A DNA stretch of 32,000 nucleotides from Bacillota bacterium (lineage in GTDB: Bacteria; Bacillota; Clostridia; Lachnospirales; CAG-274). The DNA lies in contig JAFYGI010000053.1 in the NCBI GenBank assembly GCA_017543265.1, positions 12,516 to 44,515 of the forward strand. The letters run 5' to 3'. The position numbers were made by a program, and so were the translations under genes. Shown piece by piece: positions 30,981-32,000 of the stretch (position 1 is the stretch's first letter; each line of letters begins with the position of its first letter). The notes beneath the pieces are model-generated. The model saw only the letters and a list, made by a program, of their open reading frames with translations. It was not told the DNA's origin and did not search any database.

Positions 30981-32000
30981 ATGAGAAAATTTATATCGCT
31001 TTTTATGTGTCTTGTTTTTGCGCTTGCCGTAACGGGCTGTGAGGCACGCAATGCCGAAAGCGCAAATATGCAGAAATACGAAAAGCAGTATTTTGACGTT
31101 TTTGATACAGTCACCACGCTAACCGTCTACGCCGAAAGCGAGGAAAAGGCGGACGAATATTTTGATGCGGTCTATGAAAAGCTGCTGCATCTGCATAAAT
31201 TGTTCGACCCGTATAATACCTACGAGGGTATGGACAATTTAAAAGCCCTTAACGACAGGGCGGGAGAAAAGAAACAACGCAGTACGGAGCCCGAACTGGT
31301 CGAACTGTTTATGTACGGCAAAAGGATATACGACGAGACCGACGGTGCGATAAATATTGCTATGGGTGCTACGCTTGAGGTATGGCACAAATACCGTGAT
31401 GATGCGCTTGAAAACGGCAATATCGCGGTGCCGACCAAGGAGGAATTGGAGGTCACACGGCAGTTTGATGATATTTCCGCTGTTGAGACGGTGCCGACGA
31501 CAAACTCGGCAATTATTACAAAGGAGGGCGTATCCGTCAATTTAGGCTGTATAGCAAAGGGATATGCCACCGATATAGCCATTAAAATTTTAAAGGATAT
31601 GGGCTGTGACTCGGCGCTGGTGAATTTGGGCGGAAATGTGTCCTGCTACCGCGGAAACGCAAAGGACGGGCCGTGGAGGATAGGCGTTCAGGATGCCAAC
31701 GACCCCGAAAATATAATAGATGTCGTGGAAACGGACAGCGGCTCCCTTGTTTCAAGCGGCGATTATCAGCGGTATTACGAGTGTGACGGCAAAAGATACC
31801 ACCATATAATCGACCCGAAAACGCTTATGCCTGCCGCGATAAATAAGGGCACTACGGTCGTCTGCGGCGGGGATATCGCCTGCATAGATGCAGATATGCT
31901 CTCGACCGCGCTGTTTATCCTGCCAAGGGACAAGGCGGATGCGCTGGCGAAAAAATACAATGTAAAGCAGGTCTACTACACCGATAAAAACGGCAATGCA
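30981..32000 (+). CDS. apbE: FAD:protein FMN transferase (ApbE/Ftp) lipoprotein, N-terminal 340 codons (runs off the window end)
   Basis: Absent from the ORF track because it is open-ended. My translation reads MRKFISLFMCLVFALAVTGCEA...FDVFDTVTTLTVYA...INIAMGATLEVW...GCIAKGYATD...VNLGGNV...WRIGVQD...SSGDYQRYYE..GKRYHHIIDPKT, the ApbE signature motifs. Confidence 0.88.
   Translation, partial: MRKFISLFMCLVFALAVTGCEARNAESANMQKYEKQYFDVFDTVTTLTVYAESEEKADEYFDAVYEKLLHLHKLFDPYNTYEGMDNLKALNDRAGEKKQRSTEPELVELFMYGKRIYDETDGAINIAMGATLEVWHKYRDDALENGNIAVPTKEELEVTRQFDDISAVETVPTTNSAIITKEGVSVNLGCIAKGYATDIAIKILKDMGCDSALVNLGGNVSCYRGNAKDGPWRIGVQDANDPENIIDVVETDSGSLVSSGDYQRYYECDGKRYHHIIDPKTLMPAAINKGTTVVCGGDIACIDADMLSTALFILPRDKADALAKKYNVKQVYYTDKNGNA

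Noticed and set aside
1-32000. Mobile elements, prophage remnants or an integration hotspot at the tRNA cluster
   Set aside because: There is no integrase, transposase or recombinase ORF. I saw no direct repeats of tRNA 3' ends and no abrupt large-scale compositional shift.

Overview
About 52% GC chromosomal segment that looks like a Clostridia (Oscillospiraceae/Ruminococcaceae-like) core genome. It has dense coding, AGGAGG-type RBSs, sigma-A TTGACA/TATAAT promoters and many 1-4 nt gene overlaps. I found no transposase, integrase, phage gene, CRISPR array or recognisable defence system. Gene order: pfkA (partial) | glgA-HD-like-membrane-RseC operon | alaS | a c-di-GMP module (sensor diguanylate cyclase overlapping an orphan solute-binding lipoprotein, convergent with an oxidoreductase-EAL phosphodiesterase operon) | a zinc-homeostasis island (zur-znuA-znuC-znuB plus an uncharacterised Cys-rich lipoprotein, convergent with an L,D-transpeptidase/His-rich COG0523 GTPase operon, then a CE4 deacetylase) | orphan LivJ-like binding protein | glgB | flavin reductase | patatin-like lipase | tRNA operon Leu-Gly-Gln-Gln | aminotransferase | ispE | small membrane protein-Gx transporter-ApbE (partial). 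The best candidates for something undescribed are: (1) the extra lipoprotein and the Ldt/COG0523 pair in the apparent Zur regulon; (2) the binding-protein-coupled diguanylate cyclase; (3) a 210-bp array of seven 13-nt motifs in the rseC/alaS convergent spacer; (4) a roughly 60-nt repeat family next to both glycogen genes; (5) a tRNA-Leu that by hand-folding has an AAG anticodon. All calls come from reading the sequence and ORF track and from motif recognition from memory. No searches were run. Many ORF-track starts are alternative-codon N-terminal extensions, and I trimmed them using RBS spacing.
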